Assembly: GCF_009914755.1 (NCBI RefSeq) | Contig: NC_060926.1 | Direction: 5' to 3' (one strand) | Length of the DNA stretch: 64,000 nt | Source: the human T2T-CHM13v2.0 reference genome, Homo sapiens | Part shown: positions 63,896 to 64,000 of the stretch, one piece after another | Position numbering within the stretch: position 1 is the stretch's first letter | Layout of the letters: every line of letters starts with the position of its first letter | Translations under genes and position numbers: made by a program | The notes under the pieces: generated by a model | Seen by the model: only the letters and a program-made list of their open reading frames with translations | The model's database searches: none | What the model was told of the DNA's origin: nothing

Positions 63896-63924
63896 TGTTT
63901 TTCTCTCAGCCTGAGAGAAAAACA
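63896..63924. repeat. Perfect palindrome, 14 bp arms, 1 nt centre
   Basis: tgtttttctctcag-c-ctgagagaaaaaca. Confidence 0.95.
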
Positions 63925-64000
63925 ATGACTATTTTTTTTTCCAGTAAAGCCTCCCCCTTTAAAACTGGTTAACAATAGGCGCTATTGAGAGCACACCTGA

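Overview
This window is AT-rich primate (most likely human or great-ape) non-coding DNA, intronic or intergenic; AluY, L1PA and THE1 elements support the primate assignment. I found no protein-coding exon, RNA gene or CpG island that I can recognise. The ORF-track entries are chance ORFs or decayed L1/Alu frames. Much of the window is transposon-derived: a full-length ~7.7 kb L1MA1/2-type LINE splitting a MER33, two HAL1-like relics, a 5'-inverted L1PA, seven Alus, about ten MaLR/ERVL solo LTRs, MER20 and MER63 DNA transposons, and many MIR/L2 fragments. Family names come from my recollection of consensus sequences, not a database search, and boundaries of old repeats are approximate. I see no evidence for a new multi-gene system. 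The most unusual observations are: (i) a ~450 bp fossil L1-clade ORF2 fragment at ~55.8-56.2 kb whose translation resembles fish/amphibian/reptile L1s rather than mammalian L1; (ii) several repair or template-switch scars, namely a 44 bp L1PA patch in the old L1, a ~282 bp local templated duplication, a trimeric Alu and a monomerised Alu; (iii) three perfect 13-16 bp-arm inverted repeats; (iv) a candidate CTCF site and several motif-dense enhancer-like unique segments.
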